From NCBI RefSeq assembly GCF_009914755.1, contig NC_060930.1: a DNA stretch of 64,000 bases. One strand, written 5' to 3'. The DNA comes from the human T2T-CHM13v2.0 reference genome, Homo sapiens. Shown in pieces: positions 33,372 to 50,352 of this stretch (position 1 is the first letter of the stretch; the number at the start of each line of letters is the position of its first letter). The notes below the pieces were generated by a model. It did not search any database, was not told where the DNA came from, and saw nothing but the letters and a program-made list of their open reading frames with translations. A program made the position numbers and the translations under genes.

Positions 33372-33536
33372 CTAAACTATTAAGGACAAGTTTCAGTCCA
33401 TTCCATTCATAAAGGTTTCTAGGAATCGGGAAATCCATTGCTTTCCCAGATAGTCTTGTCCAACATTTTAAAGTTCTCTTGCATATTTAGTCAAAATATC
33501 TCTAGCCCCACAGCTACCCTATTAAGATAGTTCTCT

Positions 33537-33830
<294 letters not shown>

Positions 33831-33879
33831 GAGATAGTTCTCCTGGAAGGGCATCACCAACAGACGGCATCTTTTATGG

Positions 33880-34132
33880 ACAGTGCAGTGGTGCAATCAT
33901 AGATCACTGTAGCCTCAATCTTCCTGGCTCAAGTAATCCTCCCACCTCAGCCACCCCAGTAGCTGAGACTATAGACATGTGCCACCATGCCCAACTAGTT
34001 TTTGTATTTTATGCAGAGACGAGGTCTCGCCATCTTGTTCAGGCTGTTCTCAAACTTCTGGACTCAAAGGATTCACCAGCCTCGGCCTCCCAAAATGCTA
34101 GGATTATAGGCTTGAGCCAATGTGCCTGGCCT
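33880..34132 (-). mobile_element. AluJ lacking its 3' end and tail
   Basis: begins at agtgcagtggtgcaatc. Confidence 0.85.
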
Positions 34133-35576
34133 TAACTTGCTATAATTTTTTTATTGAACACAAATAGGCCCACTGACATACAGGACATACAAATGAGAGA
34201 GTTTTTAAAAATGCGATCAATGCTAAGTGAAAAAGAAGGTGTGTATGTCTTAGATAGGATGTCTTCTCTTCACTCATCAGGTCATGGATTCTCTCCTGGA
34301 AATTCATGTATAGAGGGAAGTGACTTTTTTACATAATAAAGGAACATATTTCCTAAGAAAATATTCCCAAAAGGAGCAAAAGATTGATGAGCTATTGGGT
34401 TGAGATCCAATCTATATAAAACCCATATGTAAAATAAGGTCATTCTTCTTTTTTGTACCCAAATAATTATACCCAAATAATTATGGCTCAAGCCCCTAGC
34501 ACAATACTTCCTACAAATGACCACATAATACTCTGCTCCACGTTCAGGGAAAGTGTTTGAGAAACTCCTCATTGCTCACCATTCTCCTAGACATGACTCT
34601 CTTCTGCTGATGGCTATTGCTAACCACCTCCGCTCAGGTTTAAGACACTTTTCCTTCTAACTCTTTGCCCCCTGCCTAGGCCCCCAGTTCTTTCCTGTTT
34701 TCTCCCAGCAGCATTGAAACTGAGCTGTAACTTTAATAACAATAACACTTACTGGAGGTTGGGAGCAATGGGCAGGGTGGGCCACTCCCAGAGGAACTTA
34801 TAGCTACTTCCTAAGCCCATTGTGATGGCCTGCCCACATAAAAGTAGTCCAGGTCTTTCCTTCCTATAAAGAATAGATGTTCCCGCCACCAATGATCCTG
34901 ACAATAGGTTAATTTTCAGTCAGGATATAAAAATATAAGAAGGGTCTTCAGTGGGAGAGGGAAAGAGGAAATTTTATTTTCCTTCTGGACTGGAAATCAG
35001 TTTTTCCAGGATTTGGAAATATAGAAAAACCTAGAATTTAAGCCATCTTGATGTCAACCTGAGAATGAGGCCAACCCATAAATAAATCCAGGGCCAAGAG
35101 AAGTTTAGTGAAACAGAGCTGAAGACACTGGATTGGATCAATCTTAAACCTGCCCTACCTCTGGAAATTTAGTGATAAGAGCCAATACATTTCCTTACAG
35201 TTTTAGACATTATCTATTTAATCTGTCATATGATAGATATTTTCAGCTCATTTTTCAATACTTCCTGTACTGCGCCTTTTAGCTTCTCTGTTGGTTGCCT
35301 TTATACTACAAATGGCATCCTAATACCTTTATTTTTTGTTCCATCAACTATCTTTTAATGCTTTTTATAAAATGAAGATAATAGCTCCCCAACCAGTCCA
35401 CTCAGCAATTCTACACCTCACTTTGCACCTTTTGTCTTTTGCATTGTCAAGGTTGATAATTTTTATAATATAACTACATTTTCTAAGCTTTGTCTATTAA
35501 CTACATTTTCTAAGCTTTGTCTGTAGGTTGGTTATAAACAACTAAAAATTAATGTACAGATATTATTGTGACTATG

Positions 35577-36326
<750 letters not shown>

Positions 36327-36399
36327 TTTCCTGGAATTTCTATCTGCCTTTATTTTTATTCCACACTATTTATAAATGTTTATAAACAATGTAAGAAAT

Positions 36400-38108
<1,709 letters not shown>

Positions 38109-38109
38109 A

Positions 38110-38310
<201 letters not shown>

Positions 38311-38444
38311 TAAATCAGGATGGGCTACGTTATGTTGCAGTAACAAACACACCAAAATCTCAGCGGTCTAACCGCCTAGATTTTTTTTCTTTCCCCCACA
38401 AAATGTCCATCCTGGGCCCACTGGGAACTCCATTCCATAGTTCT

Positions 38445-38691
38445 AGAATGCGTGTGTGACCTAGTTCTGACTAATGAGATGTGACAAAATATCCCGGGGA
38501 CTTCTGGGAAAGATTTCCTTACTCTTGAAAAGAGACAAACAGAAGTTGACATCACTTCCGCTTAACATGCTTACATAGGATGCCTGGAACTGTGGGAGCC
38601 ATCTTGTTTCCTTGGGAGGGGCAAGCTGGAGAGCCACAAACCTCACATTCCTGGAATAGAATAGTACAGGTAAAAATAGAAAGAACCTGGG

Positions 38692-38728
<37 letters not shown>

Positions 38729-39058
38729 CAGAGTGTCGCTCTCGTCACCCAGGCGACAGTGATCTCGGCTCACTGCAAGCTCCGCTTCTCGGGTTCAAGC
38801 AATTCTCCTGCCTCAGCCTCCTGAGCCCTGGGACTAGCGCGCCACCACGCCTAGCCTATTTTTGTATTTTTAGTAGAGATGGAGTTTCACCATGTTGGCC
38901 AGGCTGGTCTCGAACTTCTGACCTGATACACCCACCTCGGCCACTCAAAGTGCTGGGATTACAAGCGTGAGCCACCGCGCCCAGCCTTGGGTCTTTAATG
39001 ATGTCAGTAAACCTCTGAATTAACCAACTCTGGACACTCCCTACCTCAGGATTTCTTT
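38445..39058 (+). mobile_element. MLT1 (I/J-like) LTR, left part; resumes at about 43348-43405
   Basis: tgtgacctagttctgactaatgagatg...cctacctcaggatttctt, then ttatgtgagataataaa...ttttctgttatttgtag after the L1. Confidence 0.7.
38694..38986 (-). mobile_element. AluS
   Basis: TSD tgggtcttt. Confidence 0.9.
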
Positions 39059-42000
39059 GTGTTTTTATTTTATTTCAATAGTTTTGAGGGAACAGGTGGG
39101 GTTTGGTTGCATGGAAAAGTTCTGCAGTAGTAATTACTGAGATTTTGGTGCACCCATCACCTGAGCAGTGTATACTGTACCCCATATGTAGTCTTTTACC
39201 CCTCATCCCCCTTCCACCCTTCCCCCTGAGTCCCCAAAGTCCATTATATCATTCTCATGCCTTTGCGTTCCTCATAGCTTAGCCCCCACTTATAAGTGAG
39301 AACATATGATGTTTGGTTTTTCATTCCTGAGTTACCTCACTTAAAATAATGGTCTCCAACTCCACACAGGTTGCTGTGAATGCCATTATTTCATTCCTTT
39401 CTATGGCTGAGTAGTATTCTATGGTATATATATATACCACGTTTTCTTTATTCACTCATTGGTTGATGGGCATTTAGGCTGGTTCCATATTTTTGCAGCT
39501 GTGAATTGTGCTGCTGTAAACATGCGTGTGCAAGTGTCTTTCTCATATAATGACTTGCTTTCCTCTGGGCAGATACCCAGGAGTGGGATTGCTGGATCGA
39601 AGGATGGTTCTACTTTTAGTTCTTTAAGGAATCTCCATACTGTTTTCCAAAGTGGTTGAACTACCCTTTAAACCAGCAGTGTAAAAGTGTTCCCTTTTCA
39701 CCACATCCATGCCAACATCTGTTATTTTTTGATTTTTTAAAATATGGCCATTCTTGCAAGAGTAAGGTGGTGTTACATTGTGATTTTTATTTATTAGATC
39801 AGAAAAAAATCCAAAAGTTGAACAGCTTTAGAAGAGCTAACAGAATATATGGGGAATAATAATGGGGAATATTAATAATAATGGGGAATAATATATGGGG
39901 AATAAGGTAATCTCATACATTGCCAGTGGGCCTGAAAGATGGTATAACCATAATAGAAGGGAATTTAATATTTCTGTAATTTACAATGCATTTACCCTTT
40001 GACTTGGTTGGTCAAATTTCCAGGTCAAATTTGACCATTGATAATTAGTGATGTTGAACATTTTTTTCATGTTTCTTGGCCATTTGAATATATTCTTTGG
40101 GGAATTGTCTATTCACATCTTTTGCCCACTTTTCGATGGGATTATTTGTTTTTTTCTTGCTGATTTGTTTGAGGTCCTTGTAGATCCTGGATATAAGTCC
40201 TTTGTTGGATGCATAGTTTGCAAATATTTTCCCCCACTCTGTGGGTTCTCTGTTTTACTCTACTGATTATTTCTTTTGCTGTGCAGAAACTTTTCAGTTT
40301 TATTAGGTCCCATCTATTTATCTTTGTTTTTGTTGCATTTGGTTTTGGGTTCTGGGTCATGAACTCTTTGCCTAAGCCAATGTCTAGAAGAGTTTTTCTG
40401 ATGTTATCTTCTAGAATTTTTATGGTTTCAGGTCTTAGATTTAAGTCTTTTATCCATCTTGAGTTGATTTTTGTATAACGTGAGAGATGAGGATCCAACT
40501 TCATTCTTCTGCATGTGGCTAACCAATTATCCCAGCACCATTGTTGAATAGGATGTCTTCTTCCCACTTTATGTTTTTGTTTGCTTTGTCAAAGGTCAGT
40601 TGGCTGTAAGTATTTGGCTTTATTTCTGGGTTCTCTATTCTGTTCCATTGGCCTATGTGCCTATTTTCACACCAGTACCATGCTGTTTTGGTGGCTATAG
40701 TCTTGTAGTGTAGTTTGAAGTCTGGTAATGTGATGCCTCCAGATTTGTTCTTTTTGCTTAGTCTTGCTTTAGCTATGAGGTCTCTTTTTTGCTTCCATAT
40801 AATTTTAGGATTGTTTTTTCTAGTTCTGTGAAAAATATTGATGGTATTTTGATGGGAATTGCATCGAATTTGTAGATTGTTTTTGGCAGTATAGTCATTT
40901 TCACAATATTGATTCTACCCATCCATGAGCATGGGATGTGTTTTCATTTGTTTGTGTCATCTATGATTTTTCAGCAGCGTTTTATAGTTTTCCTTGTAGA
41001 GATCTTTCACCTCCTTGGTTAGGTATATTGCTAAATATTTTATTTTATTTTGCAGTTGTTGTAAAAGGGGTTGAGTTATTGATTTGCTTCTCAGCTTGGT
41101 CATTGTTGTATATTGGTGTATAACAGTGTTACTGATTTGTGTACATTTATTTTGTATCCTAAAATTTTGCTGAATTCATTTATCAGCTCTAGGAGCTTTT
41201 TGGATTAATCTTTAGGGTTTTCTAGGTATACAATCATATCATTGGCAAACAGTGATAGTTTGACTTCCCCTTTACTGGTTTGGATGCCCTTTATTTCTTT
41301 CTCTTGTCTGATTGCTCTGGCTAGGACTTCTAGTACTCTGTTGAACAGAAGTGGTGAAAGTGGGCATCCTTGTCTCATTCCAGTTCTCAGGGGGAATGCT
41401 TTCAACTTTTCCCCATTCAGTATAATGTTGGCTGTGGGTTTGTCATAGACAGCTTTTATTACTTTGAGGTATGTTCCTTCTATGCCAATTTTGCGGAGGG
41501 TTTTAATCATAAAGGTGCTGGATTTTGTCAACTGCTTTTTCTGCATCTCTTGAGATGATCATAGGGCTTTTGCTTTTAATTCTGTTTATGTGATGCATCA
41601 CATTTATTAACTTGCATATGTTAAATCATCCCTGCATCCCTAGTATGAAACCCACTCAATCACGGTGTGTTATCTTTTTGATATGCCATTGGATTTGGTT
41701 AGCTAGTATTTTTTTTTAGGATGTTTGCATCTATGTTCATTAGGGATATTGGCCTGTGGTTTTCTTTTTTTGTTATGTCCTTTCCCAGTTTTGGTATTAA
41801 GGTGATACTGGTTTCATAGAATGATTTAGGGAGGAGTCCCTGTTTCTCTGTCTTTTGGAATAGTTTCAGTAAGATTGGTACCAATTCTTCCTTGAATGCC
41901 TGATAGAATTCATCTGTGAATCCATCAGGACCTGGCCGTTTTTTGTTACTGTTGGAAATTTTTAAATTACTGTTTCAATCTCTCTACTTGTTATTGTTCT

Positions 42001-43181
42001 GTTCAGTTTCTACTTCTTCCTATTTCTATTTAATCCAGGAGGGTTGTATATTTACAGAAATTTATCCATCTTCTCTAAATTTTCCAGTTTGTGTGCATAA
42101 AGGTGTTCATAGTAGCCTTGAATGATCTTTTTTTATTTCTGTGGTATTGGTTGTAATATCTCTTGTTTTGTTTCTAACTGAGCTTATTTGGATCTTCTCT
42201 CCTTTTCTTGGTTAATCTCACCAATGGTCTATCAATTTTTTTATCTTTTCAAAGAACCAGCTTTTTATTTCTTCTATCTTTTGTATTTTTTGTTTCAATT
42301 TCATTTAGTTCTGCTCTGATCTTTGTTATTTATTTTATTCTGCTGGGTTTGGGTTTGGTTTGTTATTGTTTCTCTAGTTCCTTGAGGTCTGACCTTAGAT
42401 TGTCTATTTGTGCTCTTTTAGACTTTTTGATATAAGCATTTAATGCTATGAACTTTCCTCTTAGCACCACTTTTGCTGTGTCCCAGAGGTTTTGATAAGT
42501 TGTGTCACTATTATCTTTCAGTTCAAAGAATTGTTTAATTTCCATCTTGATTTCATTATTGACCCAAAGATCATTCAGGAGCAGATTATTTAATTTCCGT
42601 GTATTTGTATAGTTTTGAGGGTTCCTTTTGGAGTTACTTTCCAACTTTATTCTACTGTGTTCTGAGAGGGTACTTGATATAATTTCAATCTTCTTAATTT
42701 TATTGAGACTTGTTTTGTGGCTTATGATATTGTCTATCTTGGAGAATTTTCCATGTGCAGTTGTTGGGTAGAATGTTCCGTAAATATCTGTTAAGTTCAC
42801 TTGTTCTGAGGTATAATTTAAGTCCATTGGTCTTTTGTTGACTTCCTGTCTTGATGACCTGTCTTTGCTGTCAGTGGAGTACTGAAGTCCACCACTTCAG
42901 CAGGGTTGTTCTGTCATGAATTGCTGTAACGTCCTGAGCTGGTTGGCCTCCAGCCAGGAGGTGGCACTTTTGAGAGAGCACTAGAGCTTTTGGCCTGTCT
43001 CATGGAATTTGCAGCAGCCTGCTGCTGCTTTCAAAGGATCTGTGATTTCTTTCAGTTTTCCTAGTACACTCCTGCGGTGGTTCCTGGAGCAAAAGTCCAT
43101 GACAGGAGTTTCCATACACTGTTCTGTCCATACAAATGGGAGCTACACGTCAGCCCTATCTCCTATCCGCCATCTTCCCTC
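39059..43181 (-). mobile_element. L1PB1-like LINE: 3'UTR, most of ORF2 and 5' terminus; ORF1 and most of the 5'UTR absent
   Basis: L1PB 3' end; ORF2 peptides [33 protein letters not shown]; 5' end with YY1 motif (ccgccatctt 43167-43176). Confidence 0.92.
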
Positions 43182-43280
43182 ACCAATTTTTTTGACTTCA
43201 ACAATAAATCATCAGCCTAATGTAGGTGGGCTCTACCACTTACAGCAAGTGCACGTTACTGTTCGGGTAAACCAAACTCA

Positions 43281-43346
43281 AATCATGGTGGAAGGTAAAA
43301 GGGAAGCAAGGCACATCTTCACAGGGCCAGAGAAGAAAGAAGAGAG
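43281..43346 (-). mobile_element. 66-bp MSTA/THE1-type LTR fragment
   Basis: aatcatggtggaaggtaaaagggaagcaaggcacatcttcacagggccagag. Confidence 0.75.
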
Positions 43347-43759
43347 CCAGAAATTATTATGTGAGATAATAAAATGTATTTATTGTATAAACTATTTCAA
43401 ATTGGTTTTTCTGTTATTTGTAGATGAAAATATCATTTATAGGTTTCTTATTTATTTTTCTTATTTTATTGCATTGACTAGATCATCCAGTTTGGTGTTG
43501 TCTAGCAGCATGAAAGCAAGCATCCTTGTCCCATTCCTGAGGTAATAGGATTACCTCTAAATTCACCACAAAGTATGGTGACAGCCATAGGTTTTTGGTA
43601 GGCCCCTTAATTAAGATAGGAAATTTCCCTTCTATAGCAAGCTACTGCAAGTCTTTTAAAAATCTTAACAGGGGTTAAATTTTGTCAATTTTTTTTAGTA
43701 TTTATTGATATAATCAGATGCTTTAATTTGTGCATGTAGCGAATTATATAAACTTTCTT

Positions 43760-43900
43760 TTTGCTTATTACTATTATTATTTTTTTTTTAGAGACTGGGT
43801 CTCACTATTTTGCCCAGACTAGTCTTGAACTCCTGGGCTCAAGCAATCCTCGGCCTCCCATAGTGTTGGGATTACAGGCATGAGCCACCTTGAGGGCCCA
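43760..43900 (-). mobile_element. FLAM / Alu monomer
   Basis: single reverse left arm. Confidence 0.8.
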
Positions 43901-43926
43901 ATGTATTTGTTTATATCAACATTCAG

Positions 43927-44339
43927 CTTTCTGTGCCAATAATGCTCCTGCAAACATTGTGAGTGTTCCTAAAACTCAGTGGATTTTCTGTAAGAAGTGT
44001 GGCAAGCACCAACCCCACAAAGTGACACAGTACAAGAAGGGCAAGAATTGTCTATATGCCCAGGGAAAACAGCCTTATGATGGGAAGCATAGTGGCTATG
44101 ATGGACAGACTAAGCGGATTTTCCAAAAAAAGGCTAAAACTACAAAGAAGACAGTGCTAAGGCTTGAGCGCGTTGAGCCCAACTGCATATCTAAGAGAAT
44201 GCTGGCTATTAAGATATGCGAGCATTTTGAACTGGGAGGAGATAAGAAGAAAAGGGGGGCCAAGTGATATAGTTCTGAGTATCATCTTTTGTTTTATTAT
44301 GAAGACAATCAAATCTTGAGTTTATGTTAAAAAAAAAAA
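43927..44339 (+). pseudogene. RPL36A: processed pseudogene of ribosomal protein L36a (eL42)
   Basis: intronless; [41 protein letters not shown]; start ATG changed to ATT (43956); +2 frameshift near the C-terminus; 3'UTR, A11 and TSD aa(c/g)attcag. Confidence 0.96.
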
Positions 44340-44344
44340 GATTC

Positions 44345-46500
<2,156 letters not shown>

Positions 46501-46829
46501 TTTGTTCTTCTCTTTTACGATGTGTTAGTAATTCTTGGCTCTGTGCACATCTTTTCCTTTGAGATTCTCTGTTGCCCCAACTATGGGAGCTATTTATTGC
46601 AGCCTTCTTCCAGCAACTGTAGAGGAAGATGATGGGGATGGGCCTATATGTAGCCTTCTGAGTCTGAAGAGACTGTTTCTTCTGGGTGTCAGCAGCCTAC
46701 TAAGACATTGCCTAGGGACATAAGGATTTCCCCTCACTTCTGAGAGCAGAGATACCTCTGCTAGCCACTGCATGCACAAAGTAGAAAGTGGGAAGGGGCA
46801 GAAGTATCAGGCTTCTCCTACCCAAGTGT

Positions 46830-47181
46830 ACAGTACTGGGTTAAAAATAGTAACCCTGCACAATTCATGTTCACCCAGAATCTTATTTGGAAATAGTGTC
46901 TTTACACAGAGACTTGGTGTCTGTGTCCAAATCACTATCTCTGTCTTCCCAGTGGGGAGAAGACCATGTGAAGACAGAGATTAGAGTGATGCATGCACAA
47001 GCCAAGCCATGCCAGAGACTGACAGTAACCACCTGAAACTAGAGCCTTCAGAGAGAGCAGGTGCCTGCTGACACCTTGATTTTGGACTTCCAGCCTTCAA
47101 AACTATAAGAGAATAAATATCTATTGTTTAAGCGTCCCAGTTTGTGGTACTTTGTGATGGATGCCCAAGGAAACTGATACA
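46830..47181 (+). mobile_element. MLT1B/C-type LTR
   Basis: gacaccttgattttggacttccagcc...tttgtggtactttgt...ggaaactgataca. Confidence 0.8.
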
Positions 47182-47536
47182 CCAAGTAATCCTACCAATC
47201 ACTCTTGCCCCACTCTCCACCCCATTTTTCATCTTTCCAATTTTTAACTGTAAGATTCTCAAGTTCATGATAATGTAGAAGCCTTTTCCATCTCTCTTGT
47301 AGGTGACAATAACAAATTGACCCGATATCACCCCCTACTTTTAGCCAAGAGAAAGAAATTTACCACAAGACAGTCTTTCCTACTTGGTGTACTTGCAGTT
47401 GAAACTCAGTGTTCCCTCCTAGACATCAGGTCATTGTGATTCAACTCTTTGAGTCTCAGTTGATTCATCTAGAAAATAAGAATGATAATACTACCTCCTA
47501 CCCAACAGAATTATCATGAAGATCCATAAAGATGAG

Positions 47537-48243
47537 TGTCTTCGTCCATTTTCTATTGCCCTTTTTTTTTTTTTGTCTCGCTCTGTCAGCCAGGCTAGAG
47601 TGCAGTAATGCCATCTCAGCTCACTGCAACTTCCCCCTTCTGGGTTCAAGCAATTCTCGTGGCTCAGTCACCTGAGTATCTGGGATTACAGGCATGTGCC
47701 ACCATGCCCAGCTAATTTTTGTATTTTTAGTAAGGAGGTTGTTTGCCAGGCTGGTCTCAAACTCCTGGCCACAAGTGATCCACTCACCTTGACCTCCCAA
47801 AGGGCTGGAATTATAGGCGTGAGCTACCGTGCCCAGCCCATTTTCTGTTGGTTATAACAGAATACCTGAATCTGGGTAATTTATAAAGAAAAAAAAATAT
47901 TTCTTATAGTTATGGAGGCTGAGAAGTCCAAGGTCAAGGGGCCACATCTGGTGAGGGCCTTCTTGCTGGTGAGGACTCTGCAGAGCCCCAAGGTGGCATA
48001 GGGCATCACATGGCGAGGGGGCTGAGCATGCTAGTTCAGGTCTCTCTTCCTCTTCTAATAAAGCCACCAGTCCTACTCCCAGGATAGCCCATTAATCCAT
48101 TAACCCACCGATCAACTAATCCCTTCATGAGAGCAGAGACCTCATAACCCAGTCACCTCTTAAAGACCCCCTCCTCAATATTGCCATGTTGTGGATTAAA
48201 TTCCAACAAAGTTTTGGAGGAAATAAATATTCCAACCATAGCA
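47537..48243 (-). mobile_element. MST-type LTR, split by an Alu
   Basis: tgtcttcgtcc...aaccatagca termini. Confidence 0.85.
47562..47839 (-). mobile_element. AluS
   Basis: TSD cattttct(a/g)ttg. Confidence 0.9.
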
Positions 48244-48997
48244 ATAAGTTTGGTAAAGCCTCTTGCAACAGAGCCTGACGCAGAGTTGGGGCATTATATT
48301 TTCCTTATGCTAAGTGCCACTAAGATAATATTAGCAACTATGACACATATAGAAAGTAATACATGTCATCACAACTTTTGCACCGGTTATCCAATTCTGT
48401 GAAGATACCTTAAGAAAATAACATAAACTACTGAAACTTTACGCTTGAAAAATGTTCACCATAGTAATCCTTTAAAAAAGACACTGGCAGTAACCTGAAT
48501 AGCCAACAATGGGGGAGTGATTACATAAATCTGCATTTTCCAATGTATATATATTTTTTACTATGCAAATGTTCTTTATCAATTCATATATATAAATATA
48601 CTTATAAAACTTGTAGTATTTTAAAATATTTTATAATTTCGTTTTCTTTTTATTTAACAGACACATATAATGCTTATTATGTACCAGGCACTGTTCTAGG
48701 CATTGTTACAGGCACTTCAAAAATATTTAGAATATTACACTTATAAATATTAGCTCATTGATATATGTTTTACAATTTTTTGTAAAATTGTTTATGTTTA
48801 AAAAAGTATTACAATTCTACAAAAAATATTAATTTAATATAATCCAATAATATTCATGTTATTAAGACAAAATTCAACTTTCTGTTTAACATGACACATA
48901 CTTTAAATCAATTATGTAAGACAAAATATAATTTGTGATTTACATTTCGAAATGGAATTGTTTATTATGGTTAGTTTAGGGACCAAGCCTATATTCA

Positions 48998-49635
<638 letters not shown>

Positions 49636-49752
49636 GTAACTACATGCTATGGCAGTCAAATGGACAAAAGCTATTGTGATTGCCTAGTGTTTAGAATTTT
49701 TGCATTTTAGCTTAAAATATCAACTTTTTTAAATTAAAAATTTCTTTTCACA

Positions 49753-49857
49753 TCAGATGAGTAATGTGCTGATGTCATAACAAGGAAGTTTGAAGGAGTC
49801 ACATCTCACATATTAGCATGAAAACCCAATCATCACCCTTATGAATCACAAACGGAT
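49753..49857 (-). pseudogene. SNORD13: U13 (SNORD13) box C/D snoRNA retrocopy
   Basis: minus strand atccgtttgtgattcataagggtgatgattggg...tgtgagatgtg...ccttgttatgac...gcacattactcatctga resembles U13 end to end; A-rich tail; TSD tcaact(t/g)tttt. Confidence 0.9.
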
Positions 49858-50040
49858 CTCAACTGTTTTATTTTTGGACATTTTATGTTTTGTTTCAAAA
49901 CAAAGAGATGAGAGATTTCAGGCTGTCATTTGCAAACAATTTTCTACAAGTACATTTGGAAATGGAATTGGGGTATGGATAATCATTATTCCCAGTAAAT
50001 GAATTGTTCCTTGCTATAGTTTGAATGTGTCCCCTAAATT

Positions 50041-50352
50041 TCTTTCTTTTTTTTTTTTTTTTTTTTTTTTGAGACACGTCTCACTCTGCCATCCAGGCTG
50101 GAGTGCAGTGGTGCAATCTCAGCTCACTGCAACCTCCACCCTCCCGAGTTCAAGCAATTCTCCTGCCTCAGACTCCTGAGTAGCTGGGATTACAGGCACC
50201 CGCCACTATGCCCGGCTAATTTTTGTATTTTTAGTAGAGATGGGGTTTCACCATGTTGGCCAGGCTGGTCTCAAACTCCTGACCTCAGGTGATCCACCCA
50301 TCTCGACCTCCCAAAGTGCTGGGATTACAGGCGTGAGCCACCGCACCTGGCC
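50041..50352 (-). mobile_element. AluS without TSD
   Basis: reverse dimeric Alu with unrelated flanks. Confidence 0.92.

Noticed and set aside
40142-42827. Reverse transcriptase/endonuclease-like ORFs
   Set aside because: Fragments of a decayed L1 ORF2 broken by stops and frameshifts; the catalytic ADD motif reads AND.
43009-43545. 178-aa ORF
   Set aside because: Starts at TTG and runs across antisense L1 5'UTR, MST, MLT1 and old L1 pieces; no recognisable protein.
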